Positions 25,691-35,339 of a DNA stretch of 43,721 nt are shown here, one piece after another. This DNA is from Limisphaerales bacterium (GTDB lineage: Bacteria; Verrucomicrobiota; Verrucomicrobiia; Limisphaerales; SIBE01). Each line of letters starts with the position of its first letter. Position 1 is the stretch's first letter. Where the stretch lies: contig JBGAIN010000010.1 in the NCBI GenBank assembly GCA_044225505.1, positions 62,001-105,721 of the forward strand, in the 5' to 3' direction. A program made the translations under genes and the position numbers. The notes beneath the pieces are model-generated. The model did not search any database, was not told the origin of the DNA, and saw only the letters and a list, made by a program, of their open reading frames with translations.

Positions 25691-27028
25691 ATGAAAACGG
25701 CAATAACTTACCTGCGATTTAGTATCTCCATGATCACGGCGGTCTTAACCTTGGCTACCGCCGTGCAGGGACAATCCCCAGAGGTGCACCACATCTCAGG
25801 CCTGTCGCCCGGTGAAGGAGGAGCGATCTCCCTCAGCCTGTCAGGGACTCCACCCGTTCCGATGCAGGCGTATTACGATCTTTTCCCGGTCGAATCATCG
25901 TCCGATCTGAGCCGCTGGTCGCCCCTTTCTACCGTGTGGCGCGCCAAAGTGACAAACGACGTGACATTCACCGATACGAGGGGGAACGGTGACCCGGCAC
26001 GATTTTACCGCACTCCGACCAATCATTTTAGCACCGGCTTTAGGCTGCCGTCCGGGGTGCATGGGATCGGGACCCTTTCCCGCCTGCTGACGGACGCTTC
26101 TCGTTCTAACCGTTTCGCGGTGCGGACCAACCAGTCGTTTATGGCGACCCTCTGGTATCCGGCAGAATCGGCATCGCCGATGGACCGGGCGGTCTATTCC
26201 GATCCGTTGCTGGCGGAGCGCAAAGCGTTCTGGGGAGCGTATACCAACCGGATCCCTTCGCTTTATTCCTTGGCCGTTTCGAATGCGCCCATCGCTGCGG
26301 CGCCGGCCCTGTTGCCGGTCATTGTTTATTCTCATGGCTTGGGCGATCAACAAGGGCGTGGCGTGCGCACGGAAAACACTGCGATGGCCCAGGAATTGGC
26401 CAGCCATGGGTATCTGGTGATTTCGGTGGATCACACGGACACCTACGGGACGGTGCTTCCGCCGAACAAACTCGTCCTTAGCGGTTACGCGTGGAGTTTT
26501 GACTATTTGAACGATCGCCTCAAAGATGTCGGGTTTGTGCTTGATTACCTGGCCACACTGAATGCCGGGGATCCGTTGTTTAAAGGTCGGTTGGATCTGG
26601 ATCGGATTGGCCTTCTCGGTTGGTCATGGGGCGGCGCCACCGCGGCGGAGGCTTGTGGTCGAGAAGACCGATTGAAAGCGGCGGTGCTCTTGGATGGGGC
26701 CTTAGATTCGTCGATGTCCGTGATGAAAAACGGGTTGCTCAAGCCCTTTCTCAGCATGAACTCGGGGGCTCTGATCTCGGAGAACACCGCGTTGTTCAAC
26801 AAGGCCAAGACCAATGCGTTTCTCCTCACGATCAAAGGGGCGTCACACGAAGCATTTACGGATAACTCGTGGCTTGTGGCGCCGTCTGAACTAAGCCGCA
26901 CTCGCGCCATCGCCATGCAGGCGTGCTTGCTTTCCTTTTTCAACAGATACCTGCTCGGCGAGGATGACCAGCTCTTGGAGAAACCGGATGCCCAGTATCC
27001 TTTGGTTGTCTCGTTCCGAAAGAAGTAG
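25691..27028 (+). CDS. Secreted PAF-acetylhydrolase-like alpha/beta hydrolase with an extra N-terminal domain
   Basis: Signal peptide; LWYPA, PVIVYSHG, ELASHGYLVISVDH, GWSWGG elbow, LLDG and HEAFTD motifs. Confidence 0.85.
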   Translation: MKTAITYLRFSISMITAVLTLATAVQGQSPEVHHISGLSPGEGGAISLSLSGTPPVPMQAYYDLFPVESSSDLSRWSPLSTVWRAKVTNDVTFTDTRGNGDPARFYRTPTNHFSTGFRLPSGVHGIGTLSRLLTDASRSNRFAVRTNQSFMATLWYPAESASPMDRAVYSDPLLAERKAFWGAYTNRIPSLYSLAVSNAPIAAAPALLPVIVYSHGLGDQQGRGVRTENTAMAQELASHGYLVISVDHTDTYGTVLPPNKLVLSGYAWSFDYLNDRLKDVGFVLDYLATLNAGDPLFKGRLDLDRIGLLGWSWGGATAAEACGREDRLKAAVLLDGALDSSMSVMKNGLLKPFLSMNSGALISENTALFNKAKTNAFLLTIKGASHEAFTDNSWLVAPSELSRTRAIAMQACLLSFFNRYLLGEDDQLLEKPDAQYPLVVSFRKK

Positions 27029-27167
27029 AATCGGGATCGGCCGCAAGGTGAGCGATCGGTCGAGCTTGATGTGTTGGCACACGGTCTCGAGATGACAAAG
27101 GTCCCGCCATTGATAAGGTGCGAAACCAGGTGCGTTCTACCCCAACCCGATGGTAAGCTGCGGCGCG

Positions 27168-28820
27168 ATGAGGCGATTGTTAACGTTCGTTTCGATGCTG
27201 TGGCTAGGGGTGGCTTGGACGCAAATCGTTGCAGCTGGCCAAGCTGAGCACGTGGTGGTGGTGGTTTGGGATGGCATGCGGCCCGACTTTGTGACGCCGC
27301 AATACACGCCCACGCTCGATGCTCTGGCCAAGCGTGGAACTTTTTTCGGGAGTCATCACAGCTCCTATATCACATCCACCGAAGTCAACGGCGCCGCGCT
27401 TTCCACAGGCATGTATCCCAATCATGGGGGAGTCATCGCGAACTCTCAGTACAAGCCCCAGTTGAGTTGGCTCAGTCCCTACGGAACGGAAAGCTTGGAC
27501 GCTATACGCCGCGGCGACCTGCTTTCCGACGGCCATTATCTGGAAGCGGCAACGGTCCCTGAAATCCTGCAGCAAGCTGGATTTCCGACGATTATTGCGG
27601 GCGCCAAGCCGGTCGTGTTGCTGCATGATCGCGCGCCGAAGAAAGTATCGCAGACCCAGAAAGACTCCGTGACCCTGTTTCGAGGCCAAAGCTTGCCTCG
27701 CTCCGTTGCGGAATCCCTGGTTGAGCTGCCAGAGGTCGGAGCTTTTCCGGTGGAATCGCCGACCGCGGAGACGAACGGGGGGAAGATTCTCAAGTACCTC
27801 CGCAAAGGACGCGATGAGGTTTACGTCTGGTTGTATGGGAAGCCAAAGAGCACACCGCTGTCGCAACAAATCGATAGCTGGACCACCAAGGCGCTGGTGC
27901 ACGGGCTTTGGAAAGAAGGCGTGCCAAAATACACACTGCTTTGGTTGAGCGAACCGGACGCGTCGCAGCATCAGTCCGGGCCCGGTTCGGAGAATGCCGA
28001 GGCGGCGCTGGCGCAAGCGGACAAAAACCTGGCGCTAGTGCTCAAAGCCTTAGAGACCCGAGGCGTTTTGGAAAAGACAGACGTCGTTGTGGTCTCCGAC
28101 CACGGGTTTTCGACGGTAAACCGCGCGCCTGACCTGACCAAGTCTCTCAAGCGCGCGAAATTCATCGCCAACAAGCAGTTTGAAAATCCCGAGCCTGGCG
28201 ATGTGCTTGTGGTCAACCTGGGCGGAAGCACCCTGTTCTACGTTTTTGACCATGAAGAAAAGACCGTCCGCCGTTTGATCGAATACCTGCAGTCGAGTGA
28301 CTTTGCGGGTGTCCTCTTCTCGCGCATCCCGGTCGATGGCACCTTCCCACTGTCGCAGGTGCGACTGGACATAAGTCAAAGTCCGCCCGATGTCGTGGCG
28401 TCGATGCGCTGGAGTTCGGAGGAAAACGATTTTGGGACGCCCGGGCTGATCACCGCAGCGGAGGGGAAACGAGGGCGAGGAACTCACGCGTCTTTGAGCC
28501 GTTTCGACCTGCACTGTACCTTGATTGCGGCCGGACCCGATTTCAAAAAGGGTTTTGTGAATGAATTGCCCTCGGGAAATATCGATGTGCCTCCAACGGT
28601 GCTCTCGATCCTCGGAGTGAAACCTCCGAGCCCGATGGATGGACGCGTTCTCTCTGAGGCGATGGTGGGCGGACCCGCGGTGTTGCCTAAACCTGAGGAA
28701 GAGACGATGGAGGCGTCGCGCGATCTTGGATTTCGGATCTGGCGCCAGTCGCTCCGGCTGAGTCGGATCGGAGGGGTGGTTTACTTTGAAGAAGGGAATG
28801 GCGGCAGCCGCCTCAAATAG
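27168..28820 (+). CDS. Alkaline phosphatase superfamily / type I phosphodiesterase-nucleotide pyrophosphatase
   Basis: VVVVWDGMRPD, TSTEVN (Thr nucleophile region), EPDASQH, VSDHGF, GTHAS and GNIDVPPT motifs. Confidence 0.88.
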   Translation: MRRLLTFVSMLWLGVAWTQIVAAGQAEHVVVVVWDGMRPDFVTPQYTPTLDALAKRGTFFGSHHSSYITSTEVNGAALSTGMYPNHGGVIANSQYKPQLSWLSPYGTESLDAIRRGDLLSDGHYLEAATVPEILQQAGFPTIIAGAKPVVLLHDRAPKKVSQTQKDSVTLFRGQSLPRSVAESLVELPEVGAFPVESPTAETNGGKILKYLRKGRDEVYVWLYGKPKSTPLSQQIDSWTTKALVHGLWKEGVPKYTLLWLSEPDASQHQSGPGSENAEAALAQADKNLALVLKALETRGVLEKTDVVVVSDHGFSTVNRAPDLTKSLKRAKFIANKQFENPEPGDVLVVNLGGSTLFYVFDHEEKTVRRLIEYLQSSDFAGVLFSRIPVDGTFPLSQVRLDISQSPPDVVASMRWSSEENDFGTPGLITAAEGKRGRGTHASLSRFDLHCTLIAAGPDFKKGFVNELPSGNIDVPPTVLSILGVKPPSPMDGRVLSEAMVGGPAVLPKPEEETMEASRDLGFRIWRQSLRLSRIGGVVYFEEGNGGSRLK

Positions 28821-28979
28821 GTAGACGGTGAGACGGTGGAAAGCCAAAGGTTTTGTGCTCGCGTTTCACCGTCTTAATCGCAATGGTGATTGCGAGAGCC
28901 GACTGATGAACAGAGACGGGCTCTTCGAGTTTTATTGGTCTCTAGGATGAAACAAATAAACCGCGTTCCCTGATGCCGC

Positions 28980-29483
28980 ATGCCCACTTTCGTGAAAGCG
29001 TGGTGCCCGTATTGCCGTGGTCCGATGGAGGTTTCCACCGATCGCCAGGAACTCGTCATTGCGTGCCCTCATTGCGGACGTGACCTCGTGCCGAAAGCCG
29101 CGGTCGCGTATCGACAGAGCGTGCATCCGGACCGGACTAAACTGTGGTCCGTCGTGGCTGGGACAACGGTTCTCCTGATGGCCCTCCTGGGGTTCGTCTT
29201 ACGTCATCGAATCAAGGCCGCATTCTTCCTGGTCGCGGACGAATTGGGCGGGAATTTAGAAGCTGTCCTCTGCTTGGGCTTGGGCGTGCTTTTGCTGGTC
29301 TGGTTGGTCGTTTGGATGCTATTGCCCGTTCAATTGTACTTGAGCCTTCGAGAAATACGGCGCCGCACCGCGGATTTGGAAGAAACCACCCTCTTGTGCG
29401 CAAGGCATTTGTCGCGCTTGAGCGCGCAACGCTCGACAGCTGTCCCAGTGAGCGATCCAGAACCGCCGGAAGCCGAACCGTAA
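28980..29483 (+). CDS. Hypothetical membrane protein with N-terminal zinc ribbon
   Basis: CPYC...CPHC, followed by two hydrophobic helices. Confidence 0.7.
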   Translation: MPTFVKAWCPYCRGPMEVSTDRQELVIACPHCGRDLVPKAAVAYRQSVHPDRTKLWSVVAGTTVLLMALLGFVLRHRIKAAFFLVADELGGNLEAVLCLGLGVLLLVWLVVWMLLPVQLYLSLREIRRRTADLEETTLLCARHLSRLSAQRSTAVPVSDPEPPEAEP

Positions 29484-29548
29484 GTCACGATCAGGCGGAC
29501 AAACTTGCGGCTGCTGCTGCGCACGGAGTCGCGGCCCGCGTTGGATCG

Positions 29549-31036
29549 TCAAAATGTGCCCATCCCTGTCCACTCCATGAACCGGTGCCACGTCTTCCGA
29601 AATGAGTTTTCCGAGTAACGTTCGAAAGGAACGCTGCACTCCAAATGTCGATTCGTCCAAAGCCGTTCAAAGTAGGTCTCCGCCGCTTGAAACGCTGGCA
29701 ACCGGTCCGATCAACTCCAGGTCAGTCTCAAGTTGAAATCGCGGCTCGGCGCTCCGGCGCGTGAGGTTGGCCGAGCCGGTAATCAGCGTGGTCTTCTCCT
29801 TTCCTCTCACGAGGACCAGCTTGGTGTGTTGTTCCCCGTGCGTTTCCGTGCCAACGGACGGAGATGTTCCCACCGCCACGTTTGAAAGAGTTCTTCCGCG
29901 GCGGGGCGGTTAGGGATTCCGTTCTTTTCGTAACCGAAAGCATCCCGGTTGGGATCCAACAGCAGTCGGACCGAGACGCCCCGTCCGGCCGCGTCGGCTA
30001 GCGCACCGAGGATGCGACGTTCCGAAAGATAGAACATGGCGATATCGATGGCGCTCCCGGCATCGGCCTGGCCCAGGGCTTCCAGAATGCCATCACGGAT
30101 CTTTCCTTCGGTAAGCACTCGAGCCGTGGTTCCCGACGAAGCCTTGGAATCGTTCAATGTCCGTTCGGACGCCGCCGCATAGGGCGGAATCCACGAACCG
30201 AGATCGATGGTGGACCCGGAAAGCCGGAGCACGCTCCCTTCGGCGCGGATCAGGTCCCGGCAAACTCCGCCTCGGACGAAAAGACCGGCATTGCCATGCG
30301 CACTGCTCGCGTCGTGAGGATTGGCCGACATCACCAGCGCGACGATTTCGCGTCCGTCAGGCTGCTTTGGAGCGTCGGCCACGATGACTTTGCGATGGTT
30401 CGCCTTAAAATTGAGAAGCGCCAGCCACGATCGCAAGGTGACCCCCTTGAGCTCCGTCGAGAAGGGGTGTGGCAGAGCGCCGGATGACCTATTCCCAAAC
30501 CACTGCACGCCTATCCGCCAAAAAGTCGAGTAGATCGGATTGGAATCGCGCAATGCTTCCAACCGAGTCAGGACAACGGGAATCCAAGCCGCGCGGAGTT
30601 GGTTGAATTGCGGCGACACGGCGCCCCCGTACACTTCGTTGATCGGATCCGAGATCACCACGATCCGAATTTGCGGACGGGTTCGTTTTTTGTTGAGCAA
30701 GGCGTCGGTCAACTCCTGGCAGAGGGGCCGGTGAAACGCCGCATCTTTTCCCCGGCAATTGTTGAAGAGGAAAAGGTCGATCACAATAAAGTCTTCCGCC
30801 TCGCGAATCAATTTGAGCGCCCGATCAAAGAGTTCCTGCTGAATGAAACGCTGGCCTCCCTTCAGGGCGGTGGTGTCGGTCAGGAATTCGACGTCGGAGT
30901 CCGCGAGCGGATGACGCTCGCCCGCCAGGCTGACATCTGGCGGCAAGGGTTTGAACTGGCTTTGGTAAGCCGCCATGGCGAGGTAAGCCAAGGTGAAGAC
31001 GACAGTAATTCGTCCCAGTGTTTTAAGGAATTTCAC
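29549..31036 (-). pseudogene. Phospholipase D family (cardiolipin-synthase-like) protein, 3' part frameshifted
   Basis: First HKD motif ANHRKVIVAD plus SANPHDAS, IAMFYLSER and LDPNRDAFG. The second motif THGEQHTKLVL...GSANLTRR and the tail ETYFERLW...MEWTGMGTF* lie in other frames (indels ~29690-29890). Start uncertain. Confidence 0.8.
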
Positions 31037-31127
31037 AACAACCGTGCTTTGCCCCGGACTCAGCTCGATCCTCATGCGGAAGAACACCAGGGCTACTTTA
31101 TGCCTCGAGTCGCAACGGATCGTGCGT

Positions 31128-31484
31128 GCCCGTGACTCTAGCAAGTTCCGCGGTGGGGAAAAGTGCAATCGCAGGTTCCGCCGGGGTTGCTGGGCAAGAT
31201 CGGGCGTGGGCATGGAGGAGGGGAATGGAGTCAGGCTGGGTTTGCGACGGGCCAAGGTCCCGGCTTCCCCGGTGTTGGTTCGATAATAACAGGGAGATAA
31301 AAAGGGTAGAATACGGAAATAACAGGGAGTCGAGCCGTGTTATATCCCTGTTAAACCCGTGTTTAATCCGTGTTATATCCGGCAGAAGACCCTCCGGGCC
31401 CCCGTGAAATCACCCGGCAAGATCGTATCCCTTTGCCAGAAGCTCGCGCGCCTCGAGCATCCGCTCTCCGCCAGAGTCACGGGC
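31128..31484. mobile_element. Candidate non-autonomous element (MITE-like) bounded by 15-bp inverted repeats
   Basis: GCCCGTGACTCTAGC (31128-31142) and GCCAGAGTCACGGGC (31470-31484) match 14/15 as inverted repeats. The interior is non-coding and contains the 11-bp arrays. Confidence 0.45.
31284..31382. repeat. Head-to-head pair of 11-bp tandem arrays (4+4 units, consensus CC(G/C)TGTTAWAT)
   Basis: Right arm CCGTGTTATAT, CCCTGTTAAAC, CCGTGTTTAAT, CCGTGTTATAT (31335-31378, exact 11-bp period). Left arm on the minus strand CCCTGTTATTT, CCGTATTCTA, CCCTTTTTATCT, CCCTGTTATTA. Spacer AGTCGAG. Confidence 0.85.
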
Positions 31485-31560
31485 TCCACCCCGAGTTTTG
31501 CGCTTCGTCCCGACGCTGGAAATACGCTAGTCTCACCGGCAAAGCAGATTGACGTTGAAA

Positions 31561-33321
31561 ATGCACATGGACTATTTCATCCCAGCCCAACGAATCCAGG
31601 CTCACTTGGCGATCGCTGACCGGAGCTCTTTCTTTATCCGGTGGCTGGCCGCGTTGGCCATGACCGGGCTCTTGGCGTTCACTGCGCTGGCTGGCGCTCA
31701 TGCGGCGGAAGCGCCGGCGCCGGAAAAGTTTTTGCGCTATGCTTTGACGAAGGAAGGCAATGCCAGCCACGGTCATGATCTTTTCACAGCGGACGAACGG
31801 CTGGGGTGCGTGCGCTGTCATACCATCGACGGCAGCGCAGGCAAAGCGGGGCCAGACCTTTTTGCGGTGGGCGAGAAGTTTGGTCGACGCGAGATTATTG
31901 AGGCGGTCTTGAATCCGTCGGCGAGCATTGCTGTGGGGTATAGCAGCACGACGGTTCAGACCAAGAGCGGCGACGATTATACCGGGATTATCAAGGGAGC
32001 CAGCGCAACGGAGCTCACGTTGATGGGGGCGGATGCCAAACTCATGGTCGTGCCTGTGTCGGAGATCGTCGAGCGTCGAACCGGTGAGGTGTCCATGATG
32101 CCGGAAGGGCTGCAACAGGCGTTGACGTTGGAAGAGTTCAATGACGTGATCGAATTCCTGGTCAGCCTTAAGCAGCCGGCTCATTCCGAGATCAACCACC
32201 AAGGCATGCCCGAGAATATCGCCGTGACATCACAACCGGTGCATTTGCATCCAATCCACGGCCCGGAGCTGAAGTTTGAACACCCAGTCTGCTTCGAACC
32301 GGTTCCCGGTGAGCCGCACGTGTTTCTTGTGGCGGAGCATGACTCCGGAAAGATCTGGCGGTTGACCTGTGGCGATCGGGCTTCCAAGACGCTCTTCCTG
32401 GACACGGGCGCTCACGACCCGGGTGCGCGCGGGTTGATCGGGGTCATCTTCCATCCTCAGTTCGCCACGAATCGGAAGTACTATGTGACAAAACAGGTCG
32501 TGCACGACGGACGGTTTGCATCCGTGGTCGTCGAGCGCGAGGCGACGGCCGACGCGACGGCTGATTCCGGGAATCCCGGCCGGACGATCCTGAATGTGGA
32601 TGGCCTCACCAATGTGAATCATGCGGGCAGCCTGATTTTCGGCGCGGACGGCTATTTGTATATTGCGATGGGGGACGGTGGCCCACCGGAAGATCCACAG
32701 GGGCATGGTCAAGACCTGGGCGTGTTGCTGGGCAAAATCCTGCGCATTGATGTCGATCACACAGCCCCGCCTCTGGCCTATTCCATTCCGCAGGACAACC
32801 CATTCGTCGGCCGGGCTGGGTTTCGCTCCGAGATCTGGGCCTATGGGCTGCGCGAACCGTGGCGATGCAGTTTTGATCCGGCCACGGGAGAGCTCTGGGT
32901 GGCGGATGTCGGTCAAGATCGGTATGAAGAGATTGATCTGGTTCGAGCTGGGGAGAATTACGGATGGAACGTCTATGAAGGGTTTGAGCCCTTCTCAAAC
33001 AAGTATCGGCGTCCGGATGAGAAGTTCGCGCGCCCTGTTTTTGGGTATCGGCGGAAGTTCGGGCCCTGTATTACAGGAGGTTATGTTTATCGAGCCCATC
33101 GCGATTCTTCATTCTATGGCGTTTATATTTTTGGCGATTATGAGTCGCGTCGTATTTTTGGCCTGACCCAACAGGACCGGGCGCTCAAAGAGGTATTGCA
33201 GATCGGAACGTCGCCGGAGCGGATTGCGTCGTTTGGCCAGGACGAAACAGGCGAACTTTATATCGTCGGATACGAGGGAACGATGTTCAAACTTGATTTC
33301 AGTGGAAGCGCATTTCATTGA
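31561..33321 (+). CDS. Cytochrome c (PVC-type heme-binding domain) fused to a PQQ-dependent glucose/sorbosone dehydrogenase propeller
   Basis: CVRCH...GPDL...ILEAVLNPS-like...SMMPEGL heme domain, then FHPQFATN, NHAGSLIFGADGYLYIAMGDGG, GKILRIDVD, IPQDNPF, YGLREPWR, DVGQDRYEEID and NYGW. Start uncertain. Confidence 0.88.
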   Translation: MHMDYFIPAQRIQAHLAIADRSSFFIRWLAALAMTGLLAFTALAGAHAAEAPAPEKFLRYALTKEGNASHGHDLFTADERLGCVRCHTIDGSAGKAGPDLFAVGEKFGRREIIEAVLNPSASIAVGYSSTTVQTKSGDDYTGIIKGASATELTLMGADAKLMVVPVSEIVERRTGEVSMMPEGLQQALTLEEFNDVIEFLVSLKQPAHSEINHQGMPENIAVTSQPVHLHPIHGPELKFEHPVCFEPVPGEPHVFLVAEHDSGKIWRLTCGDRASKTLFLDTGAHDPGARGLIGVIFHPQFATNRKYYVTKQVVHDGRFASVVVEREATADATADSGNPGRTILNVDGLTNVNHAGSLIFGADGYLYIAMGDGGPPEDPQGHGQDLGVLLGKILRIDVDHTAPPLAYSIPQDNPFVGRAGFRSEIWAYGLREPWRCSFDPATGELWVADVGQDRYEEIDLVRAGENYGWNVYEGFEPFSNKYRRPDEKFARPVFGYRRKFGPCITGGYVYRAHRDSSFYGVYIFGDYESRRIFGLTQQDRALKEVLQIGTSPERIASFGQDETGELYIVGYEGTMFKLDFSGSAFH

Positions 33322-33377
33322 TTGAAACTGTTGGCCGGCGAGGTCCGGCGATCGATGAAAACCTCCAGCGTGTCGTC

Positions 33378-34448
33378 ATGAATCCGCAACCAGATGGATT
33401 TCGTGAGAGAGTTGTCCGCGCTGCCCAGGCGGCCTTGGGTGCGACCGGTTCGGTCGGTCCTTTGGAATTACTCCAGCAGATGCGGCTTCTCCAGCCTTCC
33501 CACGTCGACTCATGGCGGCACGGGCGCCTAGAAGTTTTGGAAACTTGCATTGAAGGGAGTCCGAAGAAGCTCGCCCGGGCGTTTCACTTGTTTCACGAAT
33601 GGGCGCGAGAGCTGGGATTAAAAAGGATCGAGGCGTCTTATCTTCGCGCGGATCGCCGCGGTCACCAGCCGCTGCGCGTGACGCTTAGTGGCGATCCGGA
33701 TCAGGAGGCCTTCTACCGCACGCATTACGTGCCTGGCGATTTGTCGGAACGCCGGCAAGCGCAGGTGGAAGCAAAGCTGAAGAAGGCACCGGACCTGATC
33801 GTGTTCGAGACCGTCGCCGAATCCGTCTCGTGTTCGGAATGTCAGGCTGAGCTTTTGCAAGGGAACATGCTCTTCATGGAAAACGGGCAGCCGCTCTGCT
33901 TGGGCTGTGCAGATCTGGACCGTCTTGAGTATTTGCCGCGCGGCGATGCGGCCATGTCCCGCCGCGCACGGAAGTATAGCGCCCTGGCTGCCGTGGTGGT
34001 CCGGTTTAGTCGAGCCCGCCGCCGCTACGAACGGCAGGGGTTGCTCGTGAGCGCAGACGCGATTGCGCGGGCTGAGAAGGAATGCCTTGCGGACGCACCG
34101 GAGCGAGCGGCGCAAAGGCTCAAAGAGAGGGAGCGCCGCAGCCAGGAGGATGCCGCATTTGTCGAGGAACTGTCGGTCGCCATTGCTCGTCTTTACCCGC
34201 GTTGTTCCGTGGCTGAAGTGCGTGCGATTGCGGAACATACCGCGCGGCGCGGCAGTGGGCGAGTGGGACGATCTGCGGCCGCACGGGCGTTGAATTCGGA
34301 AGCTATCACGCTGGCTGTGATTGCCCACATCCGCCATAGCCACACCAATTATGATTTGCTGCTAATGCGCGGCACCGATCGAGCGGAAGCGCGCCGAGCG
34401 ATTCGAGATACGGTCGAACAGCGACTGCGGGATTGGGCACCAGGGTAA
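33378..34448 (+). CDS. DUF2293-domain protein with a central zinc-finger-like segment
   Basis: CSEC...CLGCADLD, FSRARRRYERQG, HTARRGSGRVGRS and LAVIAHIRHSHTNYDLLL motifs. Confidence 0.82.
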   Translation: MNPQPDGFRERVVRAAQAALGATGSVGPLELLQQMRLLQPSHVDSWRHGRLEVLETCIEGSPKKLARAFHLFHEWARELGLKRIEASYLRADRRGHQPLRVTLSGDPDQEAFYRTHYVPGDLSERRQAQVEAKLKKAPDLIVFETVAESVSCSECQAELLQGNMLFMENGQPLCLGCADLDRLEYLPRGDAAMSRRARKYSALAAVVVRFSRARRRYERQGLLVSADAIARAEKECLADAPERAAQRLKERERRSQEDAAFVEELSVAIARLYPRCSVAEVRAIAEHTARRGSGRVGRSAAARALNSEAITLAVIAHIRHSHTNYDLLLMRGTDRAEARRAIRDTVEQRLRDWAPG

Positions 34449-34555
34449 AATCAGAGCATTGGAGGATAAGCCGTCGGACAAACGCCCAGCCACGGTTCGG
34501 GGTTGAGGTGGGCAAAGGAGTGAACGAGGGTTCTGTCCTTAAAGAAAGGACATCC

Positions 34556-35311
34556 ATGACATCATTAACTTCACGATATTTCCACGCAGCTGCACGCTGC
34601 ACCCTGATCACTGTGGGAAGCCTGGTGGCGGCGGTGTCGCTCCAAGCTCAGCAAAACTCGCAGAGCGATACGAAAACGTCTCCAAGTCAAACCCGATCCA
34701 GTGGCACGCAGAGTTCCGACAAATCGCATAACCATTATGCGAAATCCGGAGATACAGCGACTTGTTTGAAGGAAGCCGCTCAAATGAATACGGCGATGAT
34801 TCAATATGGGCAGCTCGCCGCGCAAAAGGGGGAGAATGCGGAACTGAAGCGGTTCGGTGAGGAACTTCAAATGGACCACAAGAAGGCCCAAGCCAAACTG
34901 GAAACCATCGCGCAGAAGCACAATGTGACTTTGCCAACGTCTCTGGACGAAAAGTGCCAGGAGGAAATGTCGAAGATTCGCGGGTTAAGTGGCGCGGAGT
35001 TCGATAAAGAGTTCGCCAAAGGGGCGGTCCAAGGTCATGCCATGGCTCTCGCTCATTTGCGGCAGCCCGCGGATAAGGACGAGGCTTCGGACTTGACGGC
35101 GTATAAAAAGGAACTGGTTACAGCCTTGAAACGTCACCAGGAACGCGCTCGTGAGGTCGCCAAAGCCGTTGGTTTGGACCAGGCCACAATTGCCTCGCTC
35201 GAAACGCCGCCGCGCGAAGGGGTCGGGACATCGGGCGCCGAGAGTCAAACCGAACGCGGAACCTCATCGTCCGAACGTTCGGAACCGAAGTCGAAGGACT
35301 CTTCAAAATAA
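34556..35311 (+). CDS. Secreted DUF4142-domain (ferritin-like) protein
   Basis: AAGGA RBS and signal peptide; GQLAAQKG.NAELKRFG..LQMDH, VTLP and LSGAEFDKEF...VQGH motifs. Confidence 0.82.
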   Translation: MTSLTSRYFHAAARCTLITVGSLVAAVSLQAQQNSQSDTKTSPSQTRSSGTQSSDKSHNHYAKSGDTATCLKEAAQMNTAMIQYGQLAAQKGENAELKRFGEELQMDHKKAQAKLETIAQKHNVTLPTSLDEKCQEEMSKIRGLSGAEFDKEFAKGAVQGHAMALAHLRQPADKDEASDLTAYKKELVTALKRHQERAREVAKAVGLDQATIASLETPPREGVGTSGAESQTERGTSSSERSEPKSKDSSK

Positions 35312-35339
35312 TCAGGCTAAAGTCTAATCGAGCTTGCAC

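Noticed and set aside
29690..29890. Programmed ribosomal frameshifting in the PLD gene (and in mlaD)
   Set aside because: Multiple shifts in short succession with no consistent slippery site and stimulator; error or decay is simpler.
31037..31255. 73-aa N-terminal extension of the phospholipase D ORF
   Set aside because: It runs through the IR-bounded non-coding element and precedes a natural basic-plus-TM N-terminus at GTG 31036.
31284..31382. CRISPR array
   Set aside because: Units are 11 bp, contiguous, have no spacers and switch orientation; no cas genes are present.
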